Assembly (NCBI GenBank): GCA_036677065.1
Contig: JAKFBS010000002.1
Coordinates: 64,001 to 128,000 of the forward strand
DNA length: 64,000 nt
DNA from: Bdellovibrio sp.
GTDB taxonomy: Bacteria; Bdellovibrionota; Bdellovibrionia; Bdellovibrionales; Bdellovibrionaceae
Reading direction: 5' to 3'
Both the position numbers and the translations under genes were made by a program. Below are positions 47,784 through 57,048 of the stretch, one piece after another; the stretch's first letter is position 1, and each line of letters begins with the position of its first letter. Below the pieces are notes generated by a model. It saw only the letters and a program-made list of their open reading frames with translations. It did not search any database and was not told the origin of the DNA.

Positions 47784-48998
47784 TTGAAAGTTATCATTTT
47801 TGCAAACGTATTTTGGCCAGAACAGTTTCTGATTAATAATCTAGCAAAACAGCTTGAGGCTAAAGGGCATATTGTCACTGCCTATACGGGGCTTCCGCAT
47901 TACCCAGCGGGACGATTTTTTTCTGGGTATTCGTTGTTAAATGGACCGTATGTTCAGAAGACTGAGTTTGGCACAATCATCCGTTATCCGATGATTCCGC
48001 GTTTTAAACATTTTGTTTTTTTAGCTCTAAATTATCTTTCAAATTTGATTTCTGCGATCTTAAACCTTTGGCGCTTACCTAAGGCCGATGTTTATTTTGT
48101 TTTTGCCGTTTCTCCGATTTTTAAAGTGATACCGGCAATAGTTTTACGTTTTTTTACGAAAAGACCAGTCGTGGTTTGGTATCAAGATTTGTGGCCAGAT
48201 AGTTTTTTTGCTGTGACCAAAATTAGCCAGCGCGGAGTTTTAGCATGGGCGCTAAAGTTGATTACTATGTGGGTTTATAAAAGAGTCGATTGTATGCTGA
48301 TTCAAAGTGAAGCTTTTCGCTCTGAGTTATTAAAAGCTGGTTATGATAAACCTATATATTACGTACCTAACTGGGCTAGTGCATCAGTTAAGAGTGTCGG
48401 CGAACCTGAATGGCTGAAGCTTATTCCTCCGGGTAAAAAAACTTTAACTTTTGCAGGCAATATTGGCCATGCGCAGGGTTTGGATGTAGTGCTGAGGGCG
48501 ATGAGTCAGTTAAAACAAACTAACCTGCAATTAGTCATTGTCGGCGATGGCAGTGCTAAGGCTGAGCTTGAAAAAACAGCGCAGAGCTTAGGATTAACTA
48601 ATGTTTTATTTTTAGGACGCAGACCTTCGGAAGACATGTCAGTGTTATTTGCAAAGAGCGATTTCTTACTGGTTTCACTAAAAAAAGATTATTTGTTTTC
48701 ATTAGTAATCCCTTCAAAAGTGCAAGCCTATATGCAAGCTGGTAAACCCGTGGTCGCTTTTCTAGATGGTGAAGGTGCTCGCGTTGTCACTGAAGCTCAG
48801 TGTGGTGTAAGCGCAGTTGCGCAAGACCCTGATTCTTTAGTAAATGCTTTGAATGAGTTACTTAATGCCGATGCTGCGAAGTTAGAAGCTATGGGTTTAG
48901 CTGGACGAGTTTATTTTGAAAAGAATTTCACCGAAGCCAAAGTGATGTCTCAGATTGAAGAAATTTTACAAGATTTTAGCCAAAAGGAAGTAAAATGA
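47784..48998 (+). CDS. GT4 WbuB/WbjE-like L-QuiNAc/L-FucNAc transferase
   Basis: FWPE, TGLPHYP, NYLS, QDLWP, AGNIGHAQG, PSKVQAYM; next to the fnl/qnl genes; TTG start. Confidence 0.82.
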   Translation: MKVIIFANVFWPEQFLINNLAKQLEAKGHIVTAYTGLPHYPAGRFFSGYSLLNGPYVQKTEFGTIIRYPMIPRFKHFVFLALNYLSNLISAILNLWRLPKADVYFVFAVSPIFKVIPAIVLRFFTKRPVVVWYQDLWPDSFFAVTKISQRGVLAWALKLITMWVYKRVDCMLIQSEAFRSELLKAGYDKPIYYVPNWASASVKSVGEPEWLKLIPPGKKTLTFAGNIGHAQGLDVVLRAMSQLKQTNLQLVIVGDGSAKAELEKTAQSLGLTNVLFLGRRPSEDMSVLFAKSDFLLVSLKKDYLFSLVIPSKVQAYMQAGKPVVAFLDGEGARVVTEAQCGVSAVAQDPDSLVNALNELLNADAAKLEAMGLAGRVYFEKNFTEAKVMSQIEEILQDFSQKEVK

Positions 48999-49864
48999 AA
49001 ATTTTAGTGTTCGGCGCCAATGGTATGATAGGGCATCAGATGTGGTACAAGCTGAATAAAGAATTTCCTGGTCAGGTGTACGGCACAGTCAGGCAGTCAG
49101 TACAACACTACGAACAATTTAAAATATTTGATTTAAAATATTTGATTCCCAATTTGGATGTAACCGATTTTGATAAAGTTTTACAGGTGCTTGATCGTGT
49201 AAAGCCTGATGTGGTGTTAAATTGTATAGGTATAACTTTACGAAAGCCTGAGGCCAAAAATTTAGAACTATGTGTAGAGGTTAACTCTCTATTTCCGCAG
49301 CGCTTAGATAAATGGGCTGCGCAGCATCAAAAACGTCTTATTCATTTTAGCACCGACTGTGTTTTTGCAGGTAGTGATGGAATGTACTCCGAAACTTCGA
49401 TTCCTGATGCTCAGGATATTTACGGAAAGACTAAATTTTTAGGCGAAGTTTCTGGAAGCCATTCCCTGACTTTACGCTGTCCGATTATTGGCCGTGAAAT
49501 TGATGGAAAAACCGAACTTGTTGAGTGGTTTTTGAAACAAAAGAATAACAAAATTAAAGGTTATGCCAAGGCAATTTACAGCGGAATCACAAGTGCAGAG
49601 ATGGCTCGCCAGATTATTTTAATTATTCGTAAGTTTTCGAATTTAACAGGTCTTTATCAGATCTCGTCTGAACCGATCAGTAAGTATGAGCTTTTACAGT
49701 TGTTAAATCAAATTTCTGGTCTTGGTGTTACCATTGATAAAGATGAAGCTTATAGTACTAATAAAAGCCTAGATTCTAAAAAATATCGACAAGTGACTGG
49801 TTATGTTCCACCATTATGGAGTGCGATGTTAACTGAAATGATGGAAGAGAAGTTTTATGACTAG
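48995..49864 (+). CDS. RmlD-like UDP-4-keto-6-deoxy-HexNAc 4-reductase (QnlA/WbvR type)
   Basis: GANGMIG, NCIG, STDCVF, YGKTK; 289 aa with no cupin domain. Confidence 0.75.
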   Translation: MKILVFGANGMIGHQMWYKLNKEFPGQVYGTVRQSVQHYEQFKIFDLKYLIPNLDVTDFDKVLQVLDRVKPDVVLNCIGITLRKPEAKNLELCVEVNSLFPQRLDKWAAQHQKRLIHFSTDCVFAGSDGMYSETSIPDAQDIYGKTKFLGEVSGSHSLTLRCPIIGREIDGKTELVEWFLKQKNNKIKGYAKAIYSGITSAEMARQIILIIRKFSNLTGLYQISSEPISKYELLQLLNQISGLGVTIDKDEAYSTNKSLDSKKYRQVTGYVPPLWSAMLTEMMEEKFYD

Positions 49865-50936
49865 TAATACATTTTTTAATAATAAAACGATTTTAGTTAC
49901 TGGCGGCACTGGCTCAATGGGTAAAACTTTTGTGCGCCGAGTTTTGTCTGGTGAAATGGGCACTCCGAAAAAAATCATCGTGTTATCGCGTGACGAAGGC
50001 AAGCAGCATAATATGCGCTTAAGTTACCTGAATAAACAAAGCTCGACAGATGAGACAGTTTATAACAACTTTAAAAACTTATTAGAATTTCGTATTGGTG
50101 ATGTTCGTAATTTTTCTGATGTTGTGTCGGCGTTAAAAACCGCAGACATTGTTATCAATGCGGCAGCGTTAAAACAAGTTCCAAGTTGTGAGTACTTTCC
50201 TGAGCAAGCGATGATGACAAATTGTCTTGGTGCTTACAATATCGTGCGTGCTATTCGTGAACACGATATGCCGGTTCACACTGTAGTAGGTGTATCGACT
50301 GATAAAGCTTGTAAGCCAATCAATGCTATGGGCATGACAAAAGCTTTGCAAGAGCGCATTTTTATTGCGGCAAATATTTTAAAGCCTTCAACACGTTATT
50401 TATGCGTTCGTTACGGCAATGTTTTAGCAAGCCGTGGTTCTGTGATTCCGCTATTTCATGATCAAATTAAAAATGGCGCAGCCGTTACAATCACCGATGT
50501 GGGAATGACCAGATTTTTACTATCATTAAATCATGCTGTAGATACGGTTTTTAAAGCGTTGCTTGATGGTAAGGCGGGTGAAATTATTGTTCCGCGAGCA
50601 CCAGCGGCGTTAATGACTGATGTGGCTAAAGTTTTAATAGGTGATCGAAAAGTTGAAACTAAAATCACCGGGATTCGCCCTGGTGAAAAACTTCACGAGA
50701 TTATGGTTTCTGATGAAGAAGCCCCGTACGTTGAAGCGCGTGGTGATTATTTTGCAATTCGCCCGATGCTTCCTGAATTAAATCCAGAAGGAGCTAATGC
50801 AAGATCTCCTCTGAAAAAAGAATTTTCGTCGGGCGACACCTTACTGGACACAGCAGGAACTAAAGCGTTATTAATGAAGCATAAATTATTGGTCGAAGAT
50901 CAACCAGGATTTTCTGACGACGAGATGTTGAGGTAG
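49857..50936 (+). CDS. fnlA: UDP-GlcNAc 4,6-dehydratase/5-epimerase (FnlA/WbjB/CapE family)
   Basis: GGTGS, SRDE.KQ, AALKQVPSCE, STDKA, NAMGMTK, RYGNVLASRGSVIP, RPGEKLHE. Confidence 0.85.
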   Translation: MTSNTFFNNKTILVTGGTGSMGKTFVRRVLSGEMGTPKKIIVLSRDEGKQHNMRLSYLNKQSSTDETVYNNFKNLLEFRIGDVRNFSDVVSALKTADIVINAAALKQVPSCEYFPEQAMMTNCLGAYNIVRAIREHDMPVHTVVGVSTDKACKPINAMGMTKALQERIFIAANILKPSTRYLCVRYGNVLASRGSVIPLFHDQIKNGAAVTITDVGMTRFLLSLNHAVDTVFKALLDGKAGEIIVPRAPAALMTDVAKVLIGDRKVETKITGIRPGEKLHEIMVSDEEAPYVEARGDYFAIRPMLPELNPEGANARSPLKKEFSSGDTLLDTAGTKALLMKHKLLVEDQPGFSDDEMLR

Positions 50937-50940
50937 TTTT

Positions 50941-52053
50941 ATGAAAGTAATGACCATTGTAGGCACTAGGCCTGAGATTATTAAACTGAGCCGTATTCTG
51001 ACATTACTTGATAAATCAGTAGATCATGTTTTAGTTCATAGCGGCCAAAATTATGACTATGAATTAAATGAAGTTTTTTTTAAAGATTTAGAATTAAGAA
51101 AACCAGATTATTTTTTAAATGCCGCAGGTGAAACTGCAACTGAAACTATCGCTAAAGTCATCGCCGAAAGCGATAAAGTGATGGAAAAAGAAAAACCAGA
51201 TGCTATTTTGCTTTATGGTGATACAAATTCTTGCTTAAGCGTTATTGCCGCAAAAAAACGTAAAATTCCAATTTTTCATATGGAAGCCGGAAATCGTTGT
51301 TTTGATCAGCGTGTGCCTGAAGAAATTAACCGTAAAATAGTAGATCATTTGGCGGATATTAATATGCCGCTTTCAGAACATGCGCGCCAGTATCTTATTC
51401 GTGAAGGTGTGCCTGCAGACCGTATTATTAAAACGGGCAGCTGCATGGGTGAAATTTTTGAATACTTCGGGCCAAAAATCGAAGCTTCAGATATTTTTAA
51501 GACTTTAAATGTCAAAGCCAAAGAATATATTCTGGTCAGTATTCACCGTGAAGAAAATGTGGATTACCCAGAGAACTTCACAAACTTGATCGAATCTTTA
51601 AATGTTTTAGCTAAAGAATTAAATAAAAGAGTTCTGGTTTCGACACATCCAAGAACGAAGAAAAAACTCGATGCTTTAACTGATGTTGAAATGAATTCAC
51701 AAGTTGAATTTCTAAAGCCCTTTGGCTTTTTAGATTACAATAAATTGCAAAAACACGCTTACTGTGTTGTTTCTGATAGCGGAACAATCACTGAAGAGGC
51801 GAGTCTTTTGAAAATGCCAGCCATCATGATTCGTAATGCTCACGAAAGACCAGAAGGTATGGATGAGGGTATTGTTATCATGTCGGGCACAGACCCAAAA
51901 GATATTCTTCAAGCTGTTAAGGTGGCGGTATCGTGCAAACCAACTCGTAATATCCCAGATTATGATAATAACAATGTTTCAGAACAAGTCTTAAAAATTA
52001 TTTTAAGCTATGTTCATTTTGTAAATCGCGTGGTGTGGCGCAAAACTACATAA
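50941..52053 (+). CDS. UDP-2-acetamido-2,6-dideoxy-L-hexose 2-epimerase (FnlC/QnlB/WbjD family)
   Basis: GTRPEIIKLS, GQNYDYELN, HMEAGNRCFD, HREEN, SDSGTITEE, HERPEG. Confidence 0.88.
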   Translation: MKVMTIVGTRPEIIKLSRILTLLDKSVDHVLVHSGQNYDYELNEVFFKDLELRKPDYFLNAAGETATETIAKVIAESDKVMEKEKPDAILLYGDTNSCLSVIAAKKRKIPIFHMEAGNRCFDQRVPEEINRKIVDHLADINMPLSEHARQYLIREGVPADRIIKTGSCMGEIFEYFGPKIEASDIFKTLNVKAKEYILVSIHREENVDYPENFTNLIESLNVLAKELNKRVLVSTHPRTKKKLDALTDVEMNSQVEFLKPFGFLDYNKLQKHAYCVVSDSGTITEEASLLKMPAIMIRNAHERPEGMDEGIVIMSGTDPKDILQAVKVAVSCKPTRNIPDYDNNNVSEQVLKIILSYVHFVNRVVWRKTT

Positions 52054-52056
52054 AGC

Positions 52057-53148
52057 ATGAATTTATATCAATTATTTAATAATTTTTATTTTCTTAACTT
52101 TTTCGTTTTCGTCTTAGCTTTGTCGATTACTTTTTTTGTTATTCCTGCAGTGATTCGTGTGGCTCATCTAAAACATCTTGTTGATGAGCCAGATAAAGAC
52201 CGAAAAACTCATGCAGGTCGAATTCCAAATTTGGGTGGTATCGCTATTTTTGCAGGTCTTATTATTGCATTTTCAATGTCACGCGATTTGCAGAACTTAT
52301 TAGATGTAAAATACTTAGTGCCTGCACTTATTGTGCTATTTTTTGCTGGTATTATGGATGATATTTTAGATTTAAGCCCACTTAAAAAATTGTTTGCGCA
52401 ATTGATTAGCGCATTTTTAATCGTATTCTTGGGTAATATTAAAATTAACAGTTTTTATGGCATGTTCGGATTGCAAGAAATCCCATCGGCAGTGGCAGTG
52501 ATTTTTACGATTATGGTGATTGTAACAATTATTAACTGTTACAATCTTATTGATGGAATCGACGGCCTTGCCGGAAGCCAAGGTATGTTATCGGCGATCA
52601 CTTTCGGCACTTGGTTTGTACTGACCGGGCATTGGTCATTGGCTTTTTTATCGTTTGCTTTAGCGGGTAGTTTATTAGGCTTTTTACTATTTAACTGGTC
52701 TCCGGCAAAGATTTTTATGGGAGATACCGGAGCCATGTTAATTGGCTTTATTCTTTCAGTGCTTTCTATTCATTTTATTGAATTAAATAAAGCGCTAAGT
52801 ATTACGCGGTTGTACTGGGTGCATGCGTCTACAAGTGTTGCGATTGGCATTATGGCTATACCAATTTTTGATATGTTGCGGGTGTTTGGTTTGCGGGTGT
52901 TGCATCGTAGGTCACCGTTTAAGCCAGATAGAACTCACTTGCACCATATCTTGATTGATTTAGGTTTAAGTCATCGCCAAGTATCTTCGTTGTTATTTGC
53001 TTGGGGAAGTTTGGTTATTTTACTATGTGTAATATTGCGAGATTTTAAATCATCTAATCTTTTGCTTGTGTTGATCGGTATAGTTTTTGTTCCGTCGATG
53101 ATTTTGTTGAAAATCAGAAACAAGAAGATCTTAAAGTTACAAACCTAG
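52057..53148 (+). CDS. wecA: Undecaprenyl-phosphate GlcNAc-1-phosphate transferase (WecA/MraY family)
   Basis: RKTH..P.LGG, GIMDD, NLIDGIDGL, FMGDTG, DRTHLHH. Confidence 0.88.
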   Translation: MNLYQLFNNFYFLNFFVFVLALSITFFVIPAVIRVAHLKHLVDEPDKDRKTHAGRIPNLGGIAIFAGLIIAFSMSRDLQNLLDVKYLVPALIVLFFAGIMDDILDLSPLKKLFAQLISAFLIVFLGNIKINSFYGMFGLQEIPSAVAVIFTIMVIVTIINCYNLIDGIDGLAGSQGMLSAITFGTWFVLTGHWSLAFLSFALAGSLLGFLLFNWSPAKIFMGDTGAMLIGFILSVLSIHFIELNKALSITRLYWVHASTSVAIGIMAIPIFDMLRVFGLRVLHRRSPFKPDRTHLHHILIDLGLSHRQVSSLLFAWGSLVILLCVILRDFKSSNLLLVLIGIVFVPSMILLKIRNKKILKLQT

Positions 53149-53214
53149 ACTAGACCAAGCAAGCATAAGCAAAATGATGCAAGACCATTTTTTATTGCTT
53201 AGACTTTGAAGGGT

Positions 53215-55347
53215 ATGAGCAAAAAACCCTACGTAAAAGCATCTCAGAAAAACTCAAGTAAACATCAAACGATTGAACAGAACGAGCCACTTTCACCACT
53301 GCAATGGATGATTTGTGTTTTTGTAGTGATCATGCCGCTGTTATTTTGTAAGTGGAATGATCAATCACCCTTTGAAATGATTAAGGCTTATTTTTCGGCG
53401 GCTTCAATTACGGTTATTGCCGGAATATTTTTAGTCTCTCGTCTATTTAAAGAAAAAATTGAAATCAGATACAATATGTGGGTTTGGGGATTGTTAATTT
53501 ATCTTGCAGCCTACATGTTGTCGTTTGCCTTTGCGGGGCATCATTACAGTTCACTATGGGGCGTGCTTAATCTTCCTGCCGGATCAGTGATGACTGTTAC
53601 CACATTTGTCATTATGTCTTTGATATCGGTGCAAATTTTTTCGCACGAACATTCATTAAAAAAACTAGCTGCCTGTTTTGTTTTCTGTGCTTTTTTAATG
53701 TCGCTTTATGGAATCCTTCAACATTTTGGCGGTGATCCAATTAAATGGTGGGTTTATGCTTCTATGGAAGAGCGTGCTTTATCAACGATGGGGCAGTCTG
53801 TAGGTTATGGCACAGTGCTTGGCTGTTGTTTACCTTTATGTTTTGCTTTTTTTATTACTTCAGCTAATAGAAAAAAAGCTATTCTATGGGCGATTACATT
53901 TATCTGTATGAATCTTGGAATTTTGTATTCTGGCTCACGTTTGCCGATTCTTGCCTATTTTCTTGTGATGGTGATCTTCTTAGGTTTTCTGACTATTTTT
54001 AAAAGAAAGCTCTCTGCAATTAGCTGGAAGCGCATTGCGATTGCCTATGCCATTATTATTCTAGCGAATGTGGCTTACTTTGCAGAACCTGGTCAAAATT
54101 CATTGCAGAATAAGCTTGGGGCTGAAGAAATCAAAAATGGTTACGGTACGCGATTTATTGTTTGGGGTACAGCGTTTGAAATGTGGAAGAAAAATCCATG
54201 GCTTGGCGTGGGCCCAGAGAACTTCGGTGAAGAATTCAACCACTTACAAACTGTCGAGCAAAATTATGGTGAAAGCTGGAATCTTATTTGGCATAAGGCG
54301 CATAATGAATTTATTCATTATTTAGCTACGACCGGGATTATTGGTTTTGCAGCTTACTTTTGGTTAATTATTTTAATGTTTATACCAGTCTTTAAAATTT
54401 TATTTCGTAAAGAGTGGGAGACTGACTACGTTTTTGCAGTGGCCCTGTTGGGGGGCTTTGGATTTCTATTAGCCACTCATATGACGGCGTTTAGTTTTAT
54501 TCCGACGTTGATGTTTTTCTATCTTTTTCCAGCGATGAATTTTAGTTTTGCGAATTTAGAAAAATCAAAAACCATTGAAAATAAATTATCAAAAATGGGT
54601 CGCTACATTGCTGCAGGAGCAGTTACAGTTCTATTGACGTTTATCGTTTATAAAGTAAATAACGTGTGGCAAGCAGATATGAATTACAATGATTCACGCA
54701 GACAGCTTGTGAATTATGGCAATTTTGATAAAGCCAACGAATTATTAGAAACGGCCATTAAGCAAAATCCAGGCAATGCTGAGTACTGGTGTTTCAGAGC
54801 CGATATCTATTATAACTTTTTAGTGCGTTCGGTGCGTGAACAAGGGGCATCGGCAGAAGCTAAAAAACGCCAATTGTTTGATGAGGTCGTGAAGTCTTCA
54901 GATACGTGTGTGAAGATGGATGATCGCAAATCAGATCTATGGCGCGCCCGTGGAACGCTATTTATGTCGTTATCACAGATGGTTCCGCAAATGCTTGAAG
55001 GTAGCCTTGCTGCATTTAAAAAGGCTGTCGAAGTGTATCCTAATAACCCGTATAATCATATTTCTGTAGCAGGAGTTTATCGTCGTAAAGGGCGCAATGA
55101 TTTGGCCATTGAAGAATTAAATATCGCTATCAGTAAACGTAGAGATATCATTCCGGCATACGCGGATTTGTTAAGTATTTATTATCAGGATAAGCGATAT
55201 AAAGATGTTCAAGATCTGATAAATTCAGTGCGTGCTTTGAATATTCAAAAATCTGAGTTTCGTGTACACATGCCAGCTATTATTAAGCTAGCACGTGACA
55301 ACAACGACCCGCAAACAGCTCAAGCCTTTGAGTCGATGTTAAAATAA
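53215..55347 (+). CDS. O-antigen-ligase-like (Wzy_C) membrane protein with C-terminal TPRs
   Basis: Many TMs, SGSR, R..VW...PWLGVGPENF, KAHNEF; TPR helices after about residue 490; ATG 53215 or TTG 53206. Confidence 0.8.
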   Translation: MSKKPYVKASQKNSSKHQTIEQNEPLSPLQWMICVFVVIMPLLFCKWNDQSPFEMIKAYFSAASITVIAGIFLVSRLFKEKIEIRYNMWVWGLLIYLAAYMLSFAFAGHHYSSLWGVLNLPAGSVMTVTTFVIMSLISVQIFSHEHSLKKLAACFVFCAFLMSLYGILQHFGGDPIKWWVYASMEERALSTMGQSVGYGTVLGCCLPLCFAFFITSANRKKAILWAITFICMNLGILYSGSRLPILAYFLVMVIFLGFLTIFKRKLSAISWKRIAIAYAIIILANVAYFAEPGQNSLQNKLGAEEIKNGYGTRFIVWGTAFEMWKKNPWLGVGPENFGEEFNHLQTVEQNYGESWNLIWHKAHNEFIHYLATTGIIGFAAYFWLIILMFIPVFKILFRKEWETDYVFAVALLGGFGFLLATHMTAFSFIPTLMFFYLFPAMNFSFANLEKSKTIENKLSKMGRYIAAGAVTVLLTFIVYKVNNVWQADMNYNDSRRQLVNYGNFDKANELLETAIKQNPGNAEYWCFRADIYYNFLVRSVREQGASAEAKKRQLFDEVVKSSDTCVKMDDRKSDLWRARGTLFMSLSQMVPQMLEGSLAAFKKAVEVYPNNPYNHISVAGVYRRKGRNDLAIEELNIAISKRRDIIPAYADLLSIYYQDKRYKDVQDLINSVRALNIQKSEFRVHMPAIIKLARDNNDPQTAQAFESMLK

Positions 55348-55980
55348 TTATTTAACTAAAGTAATGCCCTCGTCAGATACACTGATGAGGCGTTGCTTAT
55401 ACAAACCGCCCAAAGCCATTTTGTATTTCTTTTTACTAGCTCCAAAAATTTCATATATTTTTTCGGGGCTGGTTTTGTCGTTTATAGCTAAAAATCCACC
55501 AGCTTTTTTAAGCTCTTCGATGATCTTTTCGCCGATATCTTGGGTAGCATGGTGGCCTGGGGCGCGAAGTAATAGATCAATTTTGTTATCTTCGCGTAGC
55601 TTAGAGATAAATCCTTTAGTGTGCTGGCCAGTCTGCAGCTTAGCGAATACTTCATTTTTATAAAGCATGCCGATTTTAGCGCCATCCACGATGCATTTAT
55701 AACCTAACGGCGTCTCGTTGAGCACAAATAAATCGACCTGTTGTCCAGCGATTAAGCCCTTTAAATCGGCGTTAGCATGCTTTTCTAAGCGCATAGAGGC
55801 TAATAAGTCACTGCCTTCCATGAACAAGATGGTCATAATCTCATTCCCAACCGAAAGCTTATGCGTTTGTTCACTCGCGGGCATGAAATATTGGTTCTGT
55901 TCGTTGTCTTCTAAGACAACTTCGTACGAGTTCATATCGATTACAAAAAGATTAAGAAAGGTACCTGGCTTGTAAGTCAT
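55348..55980 (-). CDS. cvfB: CvfB/YitL-family S1 RNA-binding protein
   Basis: TPLGYK, GMLYKNE, REDNKIDL, DKTSPEKI..FGASKKKYKMALGGLYKQ winged helix; start moved to MTYK. Confidence 0.8.
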   Translation of the reverse strand: MTYKPGTFLNLFVIDMNSYEVVLEDNEQNQYFMPASEQTHKLSVGNEIMTILFMEGSDLLASMRLEKHANADLKGLIAGQQVDLFVLNETPLGYKCIVDGAKIGMLYKNEVFAKLQTGQHTKGFISKLREDNKIDLLLRAPGHHATQDIGEKIIEELKKAGGFLAINDKTSPEKIYEIFGASKKKYKMALGGLYKQRLISVSDEGITLVK

Positions 55981-55999
55981 AGGCTTCTGGATACAGCGC

Positions 56000-56028
56000 T
56001 TGCGATATAAAGTAAAAGACATTATAGT
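56000..56028 (+). promoter_or_regulatory. Candidate sigma-70 promoter for metF-metH
   Basis: TTGCGA-N17-TATAGT, 55 nt before the ATG; AAGGA RBS. Confidence 0.5.
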
Positions 56029-56083
56029 CTGAAAATCACTTTGTGAAAAATTTTAACTCCACTTTTAAGGAATCGTACGGCCT

Positions 56084-57034
56084 ATGAAAGTTCTAGAACA
56101 TATCGATCGTGCTGCGGGCAAATCACCTCTTTTTAGCTATGAAATAGTGCCTCCTCCAAGAGGAAGTTCTGCTAAGGATATCGTTGACGTCGTAGAAAAA
56201 TTAGCTGTCTTGCAACCACCTTGGATTGATGTGACTTCGCATTCGTCTTCGGCTTTTTATCAAGAAAAACAAGACGGAACGATTCAAAAACGCACTTTGC
56301 GCAAACGCCCCGGAATGCTTGGTATTTGCGGGATCATTCAAAACCGTTTTAAAATTGATACCGTGGCGCATATGCTGTGTTTAGGTTTTTCAAAAGAAGA
56401 AACCGAAGACGCTTTAATCGAGCTAAATTTCTTAGGTATTGAAAACATTCTAGCTTTGCGCGGGGATGCGCCTAATTTTTCAAAACCCATTCGTGCTGAT
56501 CGCACGATGAATGCACAAGCCTCAGATTTAGTAAAACAGGTACGTGAACTTCGTGATGGCCAGTTTTTAGATGATCTGGATAATTCATCGGCTTTAAACT
56601 TCTGTGTGGGTGTTGCCGGGTATCCTGAAAAACATTTCGAAGCGCCAAGTTTAAAATTAGACATTCAAAATTTAAAGAAAAAAGTTGATGCCGGTGCTGA
56701 CTACATCGTAACGCAAATGTTTTTTGATAATAAAAAATATTTTGAGTTTGTTTCTCAATGCCGCGATGAAGGCATTAAAATACCCATTATTCCGGGTCTT
56801 AAGATGTTGCGATCTGAGCCGCAATTACGGTCTATTCCAAAAAATTTCTATATTGATATTCCTGATGAGCTTGTCGACCAGGTGACCACTCACCCTAAAA
56901 TGGCAGCTGAGCATGGTAAAAACTGGATGAAAAAGCAAGTGCAAGGTCTTTTAGACGCTGATGTGCCTTATGTGCATTTCTACGTTCTCAATAATGTCGA
57001 TGCCGTTGCTGAAGTTGTTAATAGCTTTCGCTAA
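56084..57034 (+). CDS. metF: 5,10-methylenetetrahydrofolate reductase
   Basis: [43 protein letters not shown]. Confidence 0.95.
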   Translation: MKVLEHIDRAAGKSPLFSYEIVPPPRGSSAKDIVDVVEKLAVLQPPWIDVTSHSSSAFYQEKQDGTIQKRTLRKRPGMLGICGIIQNRFKIDTVAHMLCLGFSKEETEDALIELNFLGIENILALRGDAPNFSKPIRADRTMNAQASDLVKQVRELRDGQFLDDLDNSSALNFCVGVAGYPEKHFEAPSLKLDIQNLKKKVDAGADYIVTQMFFDNKKYFEFVSQCRDEGIKIPIIPGLKMLRSEPQLRSIPKNFYIDIPDELVDQVTTHPKMAAEHGKNWMKKQVQGLLDADVPYVHFYVLNNVDAVAEVVNSFR

Positions 57035-57048
57035 TAAGGAATAATACT

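Noticed and set aside
55981..56083. SAM or cobalamin riboswitch before metF-metH
   Set aside because: The predicted leader is about 50 nt and lacks recognisable conserved elements
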